IMG/VR virus record: IMGVR_UViG_3300018875_000001
Reading direction: 5' to 3' (one strand)
Source of the DNA: a virus
DNA length: 64,000 bases
Below the pieces are notes generated by a model. It was not told where the DNA came from. It saw only the letters and a program-made list of their open reading frames with translations, and made no database searches. How positions within the stretch are numbered: position 1 is the stretch's first letter; each line of letters starts with the position of its first letter. Made by a program: the position numbers and the translations under genes. Below are positions 18,001-26,029 of this stretch, one piece after another.

Positions 18001-19293
18001 TTAGAACAGCGAAAATTCCATTTGCCCTTCAATTACTTTACGACTTTTGAATTCTGCCATTTTGAGTTCCACCTCATACACTGCTGTTTCGCATACATGA
18101 TGAGACGAAATACGATAAGAGGCTAATCGCTGCTGTCGTTCTTCTAAAAATTTTTGATTGCTTTCTACAAGCTGACGAATGATTTCAGCTTCAGAGCGAC
18201 TTAATTTCGCATTAAACGGTGGATTGGTTGTAATACATTCAAACTTGATCTCTCTAGCATGGGCTTTTATAATTTGAATTTTTCGATCATCCGAAAGAGA
18301 ATTCCACGGTTGATGCAAATCCTCCTCATATTGAAAAATCTCACGTTTTCGCAAATCTACTGGATGAACAAAAATATCTATTTGTTTACTTTCTTCTTCG
18401 AAAATCCGGATAGGTGCTCGGTATTCTCCCAATAGTGAATTTCCCCAATAAATACGAGTATCCGTATTAAACTCAAAATATCGGTGAATGGTTTTTGTTT
18501 CTGGGTTAATATGCAATCCCATAATCGGTTTTGGCACATATAAAAGAGAAGGCAAAAATAAAAAGGCTTGAATACAAGCCACTTTTACCATCGTTAAACT
18601 TAAATCAGCACCTACTAAATTTAAGCAATTGGATGGCAGCACCATAGCAGCACCACCAATACAAGGTTCAAACTGACTATCCGTAGGAGAAGAATTTAGC
18701 ATCATATTGATAGCTTCTGTTACTTGAATAGGAGTTGGAAAATAATCCAAATGTCCCTTTTGGCCATGTTCAGCCACAAAAGTAGACAATACATCCGTGG
18801 GCTCTAAAAATAATAAATCCAAACTGAATTCCCGATACAACTCTTCCCAAAGAGAATCTGGAATCGAAGGACGTTTGCAATAGCTAATGCCTAATGCATA
18901 ACCAATCCATTCAATAAAATCCGTAATCCGATATCCCCGATGATATACTCGATCCATGCATTTGGTTAACATTTTATAAGCAGGAGTATTCATGATGGGC
19001 GAAGACCGAACCGGATTTTTCGGCATATCTCCATCTTGGTAAGATCCTTTGGCCAAGATAGAAAGCCACGCATACCAACGACCATACAGCATGGTTTCAA
19101 TCATCAAGCCCATTCCACGCATCCAGCCAAACCGGTACGAATCTTTCACATCTTGGGGTGGTTCTGTCCAAAGAGGAGAGTATTGAAGTTCTAATAATTT
19201 TCGTTGAATCTCCAGCCATTGTTCTGGGGAAAGGGAAGCACAGAACTCTTGGCCACGACGTTCCGATTCCAATCGACCATATGATTTTTTCAT
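18001..19293 (-). CDS. N6-adenine DNA methyltransferase-like protein (gamma-type motif order, atypical motif I)
   Basis: DYFPTPIQVTEAINMML (like xFFTPxxV). FEPCIGGAAMVL at the motif I position. LVGADLS. TTNPPFNA (motif IV NPPF). SD GAGGTG. Confidence 0.55.
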   Translation of the reverse strand: MKKSYGRLESERRGQEFCASLSPEQWLEIQRKLLELQYSPLWTEPPQDVKDSYRFGWMRGMGLMIETMLYGRWYAWLSILAKGSYQDGDMPKNPVRSSPIMNTPAYKMLTKCMDRVYHRGYRITDFIEWIGYALGISYCKRPSIPDSLWEELYREFSLDLLFLEPTDVLSTFVAEHGQKGHLDYFPTPIQVTEAINMMLNSSPTDSQFEPCIGGAAMVLPSNCLNLVGADLSLTMVKVACIQAFLFLPSLLYVPKPIMGLHINPETKTIHRYFEFNTDTRIYWGNSLLGEYRAPIRIFEEESKQIDIFVHPVDLRKREIFQYEEDLHQPWNSLSDDRKIQIIKAHAREIKFECITTNPPFNAKLSRSEAEIIRQLVESNQKFLEERQQRLASYRISSHHVCETAVYEVELKMAEFKSRKVIEGQMEFSLF

Positions 19294-19295
19294 GA

Positions 19296-19547
19296 TTACA
19301 CCTCAGATAGATGTTTGGTAATACAAATCTCTAAATCTGTTTCATTCATATCAGGGGAGGAGAGCCACGATTTTCGAACCCATTTATAGCTTTCCAATTC
19401 TTCCTTACGATAAACAGCTTTCCAATACTGACCATGAACACTATCTAGAAATATCGAACCGTGATGATCTAAATAAAAGACAAGGTGAGCTTTTCGTTTT
19501 GCCACAGTAAATCCTCCTGTATGCCGGATTTCATTGTTAGTTAACAT
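19296..19547 (-). CDS. hypothetical protein
   Basis: ORF abutting the MTase-like gene. No clear SD at ATG 19547, so the start is uncertain. Confidence 0.4.
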   Translation of the reverse strand: MLTNNEIRHTGGFTVAKRKAHLVFYLDHHGSIFLDSVHGQYWKAVYRKEELESYKWVRKSWLSSPDMNETDLEICITKHLSEV

Positions 19548-19625
19548 AAGATAAATTATCGGAAGTTAATGATTAAAAAGATTTATTGTCTCATTTTATT
19601 AAGTATTCTTGTGTTTTTGAGACAG

Positions 19626-19660
19626 AAAAGAAAAAGTGAAAGCCATTAATTAGCTTTCAC
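19626..19660 (-). terminator. Rho-independent terminator (minus strand)
   Basis: GTGAAAGC/GCTTTCAC stem (19636-19643 and 19653-19660), followed on the minus strand by TTTTTCTTTT. Confidence 0.6.
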
Positions 19661-19849
19661 CAATTCATACTCATCTTTATTTAATACTATGTCACCGCCA
19701 AATGATTCTTCATAAACCGTAACCGATTGATCTTCTTTATCATAGTATTTTACTTCATAGATCTTTCCGATTAAATGTTCAATCGACAATTGTGCGACAG
19801 CAATACGTTGTGTGTCAGGTTTACTTGCGATGACTCTAACCTTCATCAT
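19646..19849 (-). CDS. hypothetical 67-aa protein
   Basis: Start overlaps the stop of the Doc-like gene. No motif recognised. Confidence 0.5.
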   Translation of the reverse strand: MMKVRVIASKPDTQRIAVAQLSIEHLIGKIYEVKYYDKEDQSVTVYEESFGGDIVLNKDEYELVKAN

Positions 19850-20436
19850 TTTACTCCTTTATCCTTTTTGTATCCTTTTTGCATATCGTCCAATAATTTT
19901 TGGAGTTCTTTTCGTTCTTCCATTTCTTTTTCTGTTAAAATTTCCTGAATCTCTAATTCATTTAACAAGTCTATGTATTCTTTATACAATGGTATCAAGG
20001 TTTCCTTGCTTGGTTCCATTCCTTCTATATATTGAGATTCAGGAACGCTGTTTCTTTCTAACCAATCAGCCAATTTTTCCAGACTCCACTTTTTATTTGC
20101 AACCAATTTTGAAACAAAGTATAATTCCCAATCTGATATTACGACCACATATCCGTTAAATTCCAAAAAAGTGGCTGCAGTAATATATGCTGTACGTTTG
20201 TTTCCATCCACAAAGTACTGACTTGTGGCTAGAGTATGCATATATACTGCAGCTTTGGTAAATAAACCTGGATATGGTTCATACGTATGCCCACCAAAAT
20301 CATAAGTTTGAAACGGTTTATATGCCAGACTATCAATAAGACCTGGTTCATACTCACCAGGCAACCCACCAAACTCTTGTAGAGCCATGTCATGAAACAT
20401 TCGAATATGTTTGGGCTCTAAAGATTCAATGTTCAA
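19846..20436 (-). CDS. doc: Doc/Fic-family (death-on-curing-like) protein with a Gln at the catalytic His position and a 65-aa C-terminal extension
   Basis: ...FGGLPGEYEPGLIDSLAYKP...LFTKAAVYMHTLATSQYFVDGNKRTAYITAATFLEFNGY. The motif reads SQYFVDGNKRT, against the family consensus HxFxDGNKRT. Confidence 0.7.
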   Translation of the reverse strand: MNIESLEPKHIRMFHDMALQEFGGLPGEYEPGLIDSLAYKPFQTYDFGGHTYEPYPGLFTKAAVYMHTLATSQYFVDGNKRTAYITAATFLEFNGYVVVISDWELYFVSKLVANKKWSLEKLADWLERNSVPESQYIEGMEPSKETLIPLYKEYIDLLNELEIQEILTEKEMEERKELQKLLDDMQKGYKKDKGVK

Positions 20437-20576
20437 TTTTTACTCAACCTCTTTAACCCTTTGTAATTTCTGCGGATGACTTTGGCGGCAATTTTTTGGA
20501 GTTTCGCATCCTTTTCATTGGATTTGCTAGTTCCTTTTTTCATTTCATCCTCCAATATTAAAACTTGTTGGAACAT
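20433..20576 (-). CDS. 47-aa candidate antitoxin/partner of the Doc-like protein
   Basis: ATG 20576 after AAAGGGGGAATATAT. Its stop overlaps the Doc ATG by 4 nt (ATGA). Basic C-terminus. No family recognised. Confidence 0.4.
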   Translation of the reverse strand: MFQQVLILEDEMKKGTSKSNEKDAKLQKIAAKVIRRNYKGLKRLSKN

Positions 20577-20654
20577 ATATATTCCCCCTTTATCCGCATT
20601 ATTACTTATCATATTATATATTTTTTCTAAATTATACAAGCCTTTTCCTGCTTG

Positions 20655-20933
20655 TTAGGTGATATCACCAATGCCACCAAAGTAGCCCTTATTATTGGCT
20701 TCCTCATCATTGTATTCAATCATAATTCGTTCGATTGTCTTTTCTGTTACTCCTTTAGCTCGAAGATCATCAAAGGATATACCTATTAAATTGTAATGCT
20801 CTAGAATACCATCTGGGCCAACAAGCTCATAGTCTCCATCTAAAAGCTTATTGATGGCTTCATCGACCGAATCAGCCTCTACTTCTGCTGAATCATATGA
20901 AATATAATATTTAGTGATGTAATATTTCCCCAT
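20655..20933 (-). CDS. hypothetical protein
   Basis: SD AAGGAGGATTAAC. No motif recognised. Confidence 0.5.
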   Translation of the reverse strand: MGKYYITKYYISYDSAEVEADSVDEAINKLLDGDYELVGPDGILEHYNLIGISFDDLRAKGVTEKTIERIMIEYNDEEANNKGYFGGIGDIT

Positions 20934-20946
20934 AGTTAATCCTCCT

Positions 20947-21216
20947 TTATGGTTTTAAGTAATTAGCAATATATTGACAGGCTTCCTGAAATTCTTTTTC
21001 TGTTTCAAATGCAGCAAATGCATGAATCTCGCCGCTTTCATGATAATACACACAATATGGCTTATCTTTAGGATTCAGCTCTAAAACAATATTGCCATAT
21101 AAATGATAAGCTGATTTCGTTGTTGTACATTCTGTAAGCCACAAGTCCTCTTTCGGACAACCATATTTCAAAAGCGTTTCCACTTTTCTTTCTTCAAACT
21201 CATGAATGGCAAGCAT
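20947..21216 (-). CDS. hypothetical protein
   Basis: Start overlaps the end of the upstream gene. No motif recognised. Confidence 0.5.
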   Translation of the reverse strand: MLAIHEFEERKVETLLKYGCPKEDLWLTECTTTKSAYHLYGNIVLELNPKDKPYCVYYHESGEIHAFAAFETEKEFQEACQYIANYLKP

Positions 21217-22246
21217 CCAAATTCACTCCTTTATGTTCGCTTGTTGTTTTTCTATACTTGTGTTCTAAATCCATCATCCAAGTATCTAGCCATTGTTGAA
21301 ATTCACCTTGATAAACTTGTTGAAGTTGTTCATATTCTTTCTGATACACCTCTTTTAAAGGTCTTCTTGTGTAATGGAAATAAGGAACACTTTTCATAGA
21401 CTTATTGCCGGAACGCTGTGCTTTCCGGAGTTCTTCATCAAAATAGCAAGCTTTTAAAAACGACAAGGGTTCTTGTTCTATGATTTCTGTCCAACTCATT
21501 CCTTCTATATCACAATTAAACGGGCACAAGTAACATCGAGAACGTTTAGATGGCATGTTATGTGCCAATAAAAAATCAATACTTTCTTGTGTAGAAACAT
21601 GTTGCTCCACTAATGGATAGGATAGATACATATATTTATATTGTGGAGATCGGTACGTACTAATCCGATGAATTTCATCATAACTAAATCCAATATCGAT
21701 AATAAAAGCAATATGAGATGGCATTCTTTGATGAGGAGATAATCCGTGTTTTTCCATCACCAATCGTCTTGCTGTTTGTTTTACAGGAATGATTTTAAAA
21801 TCCACCGTACATTGTCTTGGCATTATGCCGGCTTTTTGTTCATGACCATATTCATCAATTCGATTAAAATACAAAGGCATTTGGAAACGCTGATAGTCGG
21901 TATGAATATACCGCATCAGCATTTCCTCTAATCCTTTTTCCATACTTTGATGGTGAGTAATAATAAAAGGAGTCGTGTTTTGATATTGAGTTTGTCGGCG
22001 TTTCCACCATTCAATTTGATCATGAATAAATTGAGGTTCTGCTCCAGTATCTGAGAAAATAATAAAATCATAGTGACGTTTTCCTTGCAAATGTTCTTCT
22101 AATAGATGAGCGGATTGTGTGCCGCCTCCAAAAGAAAGAACATAATAAATATGCTCAATGCCTTTTTGATGTAACTCTTGTTCGATTTCTTGCTTTGTTT
22201 TAAAAACGCCATCTTTGTATTTCTTGTGTGTTCGAAAATCCTTCAC
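21200..22246 (-). CDS. PAPS reductase / PP-loop ATP-pyrophosphatase family protein
   Basis: PP-loop-like YVLSFGGGTQSAHLL, then IIFSDTGAEP. GTG start after AAAGGAGAAGAAGC. Confidence 0.65.
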   Translation of the reverse strand: MKDFRTHKKYKDGVFKTKQEIEQELHQKGIEHIYYVLSFGGGTQSAHLLEEHLQGKRHYDFIIFSDTGAEPQFIHDQIEWWKRRQTQYQNTTPFIITHHQSMEKGLEEMLMRYIHTDYQRFQMPLYFNRIDEYGHEQKAGIMPRQCTVDFKIIPVKQTARRLVMEKHGLSPHQRMPSHIAFIIDIGFSYDEIHRISTYRSPQYKYMYLSYPLVEQHVSTQESIDFLLAHNMPSKRSRCYLCPFNCDIEGMSWTEIIEQEPLSFLKACYFDEELRKAQRSGNKSMKSVPYFHYTRRPLKEVYQKEYEQLQQVYQGEFQQWLDTWMMDLEHKYRKTTSEHKGVNLDACHS

Positions 22247-22548
22247 GCTTCTTCTCCTTTAGTATGGTGTTCTTGAGAATGATGCTCTTGTTTTAGAGCG
22301 TGAATCAATCCGGCCACAATCAATAAAGTCGCTACAACAGCAAATAATGTAGCCAATGTAAAATACGCCGCTGCATAGTTTGCATTGATAATGTAGTTAT
22401 AGGCATCGCCACCTACATACGCATTCACAGGGTCAGCGAAAGTATCTTCTGGGTTTTCATAATTATGAATCTTATCAAATCCAAAGAAGATAAAAATCAC
22501 GGAAACAACATACAACAATGCACTTGATACTTTAAAACGAATATCCAT
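22243..22548 (-). CDS. membrane protein (2 TM)
   Basis: Hydrophobic helices LLYVVSVIFIFFGF and AAYFTLATLFAVVATLLIVAGLI. 4-nt overlap with the downstream gene. Confidence 0.55.
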   Translation of the reverse strand: MDIRFKVSSALLYVVSVIFIFFGFDKIHNYENPEDTFADPVNAYVGGDAYNYIINANYAAAYFTLATLFAVVATLLIVAGLIHALKQEHHSQEHHTKGEEA

Positions 22549-22566
22549 ATCAAAATCCCCTCTCCA

Positions 22567-22845
22567 TTAAGAATAAATAAAAGTTAATTGTCTTTCTTCA
22601 ATTGAAGGTTCATACCCTTCTTGCTTCAAAACATCATATGCTTTTTCTACACGTTCAGTTACTACCGAGCGGCAATAGCCTCGCTGCAATAATTCATAAA
22701 ACAGTTCTTTGACGGATTGACCAAACTGATACTTATTGGACCATTGTTCCACTCGGTTAATACATGAATCCCATAATTGTGTATCTCCATTTAAAAAAGA
22801 AGGAGTTTGAAATTCCCAGCAAACCAGCGTCTTCACTATAATCAC
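22567..22845 (-). CDS. hypothetical protein
   Basis: In-operon ORF. No motif recognised. Confidence 0.45.
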   Translation of the reverse strand: MIIVKTLVCWEFQTPSFLNGDTQLWDSCINRVEQWSNKYQFGQSVKELFYELLQRGYCRSVVTERVEKAYDVLKQEGYEPSIEERQLTFIYS

Positions 22846-22866
22846 CTCATTTATCTCACTTTTTGA

Positions 22867-23199
22867 TTAGAAATCAAACAAAGTCCCTTGATAGTTTTCC
22901 ATAATTATATTATGTTCACTAGTTTCTGCCTCTGCAGCGGATTCTTTAGGCTGAGAAATTTCTTTTAAATTGATTCGAAAGATACAATGATCGTCTTTGA
23001 ATTTTTTGTGTATACAATCTTCCGGCTGAATTTCTACTTGAATCGGATACATATGATGCACATAAAGCAACGGGTAATCAATATAAGTAACCGTGGCATA
23101 TCCGGTATAGTAATCGGAAGAAACATACACCACATCTCCCGTTTGGGGTATATTATAAGAATTCAATACTAACCGCTCCTTTAGAATTTGCAAACTCAA
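22867..23199 (-). CDS. hypothetical protein (start uncertain; a TTG at 23166 after AAAGGAG is possible)
   Basis: In-operon ORF. Overlaps the upstream ORF. Confidence 0.45.
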   Translation of the reverse strand: MSLQILKERLVLNSYNIPQTGDVVYVSSDYYTGYATVTYIDYPLLYVHHMYPIQVEIQPEDCIHKKFKDDHCIFRINLKEISQPKESAAEAETSEHNIIMENYQGTLFDF

Positions 23200-23407
23200 A
23201 AACAGACATCACGTTTTTAATATCGTCTGTTTCATCGGTAACAAATGCTAGGATCCGATGCAATTTCGGATCTTCTGCAAAAACCGGCTCAACAAATACA
23301 AAATAAAACGAATGTTGCACATATACCGATAAATTATATTGTGTCGTATCTATATCCCGAAATAACGATACACTTCGAAACAAGTCATAGCTTTGTATAA
23401 GCTCCAT
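23153..23407 (-). CDS. hypothetical protein
   Basis: In-operon ORF. No motif recognised. Confidence 0.45.
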   Translation of the reverse strand: MELIQSYDLFRSVSLFRDIDTTQYNLSVYVQHSFYFVFVEPVFAEDPKLHRILAFVTDETDDIKNVMSVFEFANSKGAVSIEFL

Positions 23408-23415
23408 AGACTCAC

Positions 23416-23571
23416 CTATTCTTCAATCTCCGCATAATCTTCAATGCTTCGATCATACCAAGTATGTTCAGAAGGATCCATCTCTTGTAATTTGGCTTTT
23501 GCTTCTTCAAGATTAGAAGCTTCAATGACTTGTTCTGATACAGCTGTCAAAGAAAAAACATAAAGCGGCAT
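23416..23571 (-). CDS. 51-aa acidic protein
   Basis: ATG 23571 after GGAGGGAGATTC. MPLYVFSLTAVSEQVIEASNLEEAKAKLQEMDPSEHTWYDRSIEDYAEIEE*. Below the ORF-track cutoff. Confidence 0.35.
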   Translation of the reverse strand: MPLYVFSLTAVSEQVIEASNLEEAKAKLQEMDPSEHTWYDRSIEDYAEIEE

Positions 23572-23628
23572 GAATCTCCCTCCTTTATCGTCTTTTCACA
23601 AAATTCATGCATGATCTTGTGTGTATGA

Positions 23629-23775
23629 TTAATTCACTTCCCGCCATACAGGGGAATATCCATCATCCGCTAATGCTTGCATTTTCGTGTTTCTCTCTGC
23701 TTCGGTTTCTGCATAATCCACTTGTTCTTCTCCCATTTCGTTTAACCAAATGATTTTGTATTGGTATTCAGCCAT
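23629..23775 (-). CDS. 48-aa protein
   Basis: ATG 23775 after GGAGGGCAAACA. MAEYQYKIIWLNEMGEEQVDYAETEAERNTKMQALADDGYSPVWREVN*. Confidence 0.35.
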   Translation of the reverse strand: MAEYQYKIIWLNEMGEEQVDYAETEAERNTKMQALADDGYSPVWREVN

Positions 23776-23825
23776 TGTTTGCCCTCCTAACCATAGATAA
23801 ATTTTTTATTTTTTATGAAAATCGT

Positions 23826-24227
23826 TTATAAAAAATCAGATTGACGCAAGCCATGATACCCCAATGGATTTCGTTCATAAGAGCGTCTGTCTTTGGCATG
23901 TTCGATAATTTCTTGAAACAAGTTTCGCCATTGTGAGGAAAACCAATTGACTCGATCATACAATAAGCTAAACAATGCTTCATGTACATCGGTTCGTGTT
24001 CCATATTCTTGTGCTAAAATATCATAGTATTCAACTTCTTCTTGCGTCATATAGACTGCATATAACGTGTCTACCACTTTTCTCATCGTATCCATATCAT
24101 CAATAGGATTCCATGGCTCTCCATGTTCATCAATATAACGGTCCAATTGATTGGATGCTTCTTCGTAGAACAATTCCTCAAACTGAGTTTGATATGTGTT
24201 TGCCAATTGTTCTAATAGTGAAGTCAT
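23826..24227 (-). CDS. hypothetical protein
   Basis: ATG 24227 after GGAGGATGCAACAGC. ATGA overlap with the upstream gene. Confidence 0.5.
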   Translation of the reverse strand: MTSLLEQLANTYQTQFEELFYEEASNQLDRYIDEHGEPWNPIDDMDTMRKVVDTLYAVYMTQEEVEYYDILAQEYGTRTDVHEALFSLLYDRVNWFSSQWRNLFQEIIEHAKDRRSYERNPLGYHGLRQSDFL

Positions 24228-24469
24228 GCTGTTGCATCCTCCAACCATTTTGAATAAATAACAGCGTCACCTTTCCAATATTGATACCCTCGACCAAAAG
24301 AGCGTTCTTGGATTACATCCAGATCATCTGGATATTCATAAGTTTTAAAATTTTTCTTTTCATGTTGCATATAGTAAGCAATTAAAGCCTGTTTCGGTTC
24401 TAATGTATATCGGGCCAATTCGTGAAATTCTCCATCTTCATCAAGCATCATAACCACAGAGACTGCCAT
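24224..24469 (-). CDS. hypothetical protein
   Basis: SD AAGGAGGAAAAAGA. No motif recognised. Confidence 0.5.
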   Translation of the reverse strand: MAVSVVMMLDEDGEFHELARYTLEPKQALIAYYMQHEKKNFKTYEYPDDLDVIQERSFGRGYQYWKGDAVIYSKWLEDATA

Positions 24470-24554
24470 TCTTTTTCCTCCTTATACTCGGTATAATTTT
24501 GTTTTACTTAGGGAAAAGTAAAACCAATCCTTATATATAAAGGTGGTGAAAGAA

Positions 24555-24740
24555 ATGTCACGCAATACAAATCAAATTCTCGTACCTACAGCTCAACAAG
24601 CATTAGAGCAAATGAAGTATGAAATTGCTCAAGAGTTTGGTGTTCAACTTGGAGCAGATGTCACTTCTCGCATCAATGGTTCTGTCGGCGGCGAAATCAC
24701 TAAGCGTTTGGTGGCTTTAGCGCAAAGTCAATTGCGCTAA
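24555..24740 (+). CDS. ssp: alpha/beta-type small acid-soluble spore protein (SASP)
   Basis: [49 protein letters not shown] closely follows the SspA/B/C pattern (...[26 protein letters not shown]). SD AAAGGTGGTGA before ATG 24555. Confidence 0.9.
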   Translation: MSRNTNQILVPTAQQALEQMKYEIAQEFGVQLGADVTSRINGSVGGEITKRLVALAQSQLR

Positions 24741-24746
24741 CATAGC

Positions 24747-24770
24747 AAAAGCCACTTAGGTGGCTTTTGG
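24747..24770 (+). terminator. Hairpin terminator after the SASP gene
   Basis: AAAGCCAC-ttag-GTGGCTTTT. The 3' arm (AGGTGG) doubles as an SD-like sequence for ATG 24771. Confidence 0.6.
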
Positions 24771-25133
24771 ATGGTGATTCCATTCAACAAGAAAGCACAT
24801 CTTACTATTGGAATTAGTATCGGAATATTGCTTGCATTGGTGTTCGAACATATTTTTCTTCATGATGTGTTTTACATCATCATAGGGTCTTTACTCCCTG
24901 ATATTGATCATCCACGTTCAACATTTGGAAAATACAATCCATTTGTTCGTTTTATGAAACATCGTGGAAAATCACATACCATTGTAGGTAGCCTTCTCCT
25001 GTCTTTGCCTATGGTTATTATAGGGGTAGACCCTTTTGTTTTTACCTTTTTAGGATGTTTGATTCACATTTTGTCTGATAAATGCTACTCATTTCTACCA
25101 GGAAAGCGCAAGTTTTCTATTCGATTTTGGTAG
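24771..25133 (+). CDS. YdjM-family membrane-bound metal-dependent hydrolase (DUF457)
   Basis: LLPDIDHPRSTFGK...KHRGKSHTIVGSLL...HILSDK in a 3-4 TM protein of ~120 aa. Confidence 0.7.
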   Translation: MVIPFNKKAHLTIGISIGILLALVFEHIFLHDVFYIIIGSLLPDIDHPRSTFGKYNPFVRFMKHRGKSHTIVGSLLLSLPMVIIGVDPFVFTFLGCLIHILSDKCYSFLPGKRKFSIRFW

Positions 25134-25136
25134 AAG

Positions 25137-25301
25137 TTACTTATAGCAAATTTCCCGTAAATCTTTTAAAGCTTCAACCAATCCCGGCAGTTTCTTAGCG
25201 TTACTGTCATCAGGATGTTTCGTTAAGTAATTGATTTTAGCTTGCAAAAGAGCGTGCAATTCTTCAATTTGCGAACGCTCTTTGCTTGTGTTTATTTCCA
25301 T
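25137..25301 (-). CDS. 54-aa protein
   Basis: ATG 25301 is coupled to the upstream stop (TGAAAATG). MEINTSKERSQIEELHALLQAKINYLTKHPDDSNAKKLPGLVEALKDLREICYK*. Confidence 0.35.
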   Translation of the reverse strand: MEINTSKERSQIEELHALLQAKINYLTKHPDDSNAKKLPGLVEALKDLREICYK

Positions 25302-25303
25302 TT

Positions 25304-25543
25304 TCAAACACTTTTCTTGATAATATCTTCGCTAAGAAACTTTAAGACTACAGGATTCTTCTGTTTTTTCAGCCATCGAATATAAGCGACATTATCTGCT
25401 CCATAAGTCCCGCTTCGCTGACTAAATGGCACCTCTTGTTCAAATTGCTTCCACAAACGAAGATGTTCTTCCGGATATGCTGCTGCAAAAGTATTAGTAA
25501 TAAAAATGGAACTTGCAATTGTATCAAGACTCATATTACGCAC
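25304..25543 (-). CDS. hypothetical protein
   Basis: Overlaps the upstream ORF. No motif recognised. Confidence 0.5.
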   Translation of the reverse strand: MRNMSLDTIASSIFITNTFAAAYPEEHLRLWKQFEQEVPFSQRSGTYGADNVAYIRWLKKQKNPVVLKFLSEDIIKKSV

Positions 25544-25989
25544 TCCTCAAATAAATTCATTTGGTTTTGATCAGAAATTCCCCAATAGTTCATAACAATC
25601 CCATCTTTTACGGCATATTCTTTCTCATCAACTACATATATACCGTCTGGAAATAAGACAAATTCGTCATCCATATTTCTAAATTGAATCAAATCTCCAA
25701 TTGCGGCACCCTTTAACATAGAGAGGCCTATCTGCCCATCTTCAGTTTGCATAAGCTGACCTAATGGTGTTAATTTTCGAAACGAAGTGACAACTGTTTT
25801 CTCCACAACGATTTCCAATTGAAACTGCATACGACAAGAAGGACATGCATACAGTTCTTCATCCGATAACTCATGGTCATATGATTCCCATAACCGTTCT
25901 GCTAGTCGATCTTCTAATCCTACATAAAACGAATCTCCACAAGAGCAAAAAATATGACCATTAGAATATTGAATGCTCACAATCTTCAT
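25531..25989 (-). CDS. hypothetical Cys-pair (zinc-ribbon-like) protein (start 25989 or GTG 25980)
   Basis: CSCGD...CPSCR. AAAGGAG abuts ATG 25989, so GTG 25980 has better spacing. Confidence 0.5.
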   Translation of the reverse strand: MKIVSIQYSNGHIFCSCGDSFYVGLEDRLAERLWESYDHELSDEELYACPSCRMQFQLEIVVEKTVVTSFRKLTPLGQLMQTEDGQIGLSMLKGAAIGDLIQFRNMDDEFVLFPDGIYVVDEKEYAVKDGIVMNYWGISDQNQMNLFEECVI

Positions 25990-26004
25990 CTCCTTTTTTA
26001 AAGG

Positions 26005-26024
26005 GTGTGTAATGCATTACACAC
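26005..26024. promoter_or_regulatory. Perfect 20-bp palindrome GTGTGTAATGCATTACACAC (contains the 14-bp consensus)
   Basis: Lies between the dnaN stop (26030) and the next gene's SD. No clear -10 upstream. Confidence 0.5.
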
Positions 26025-26029
26025 TTGGT

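Noticed and set aside
24470-24554. A sigma-G/sigma-F forespore promoter for the SASP gene.
   Set aside because: I could not find a convincing GnATA-N17/18-CATnnTA arrangement. Only a sigma-A-like TATAAT is evident. The question is left open in the findings rather than annotated.
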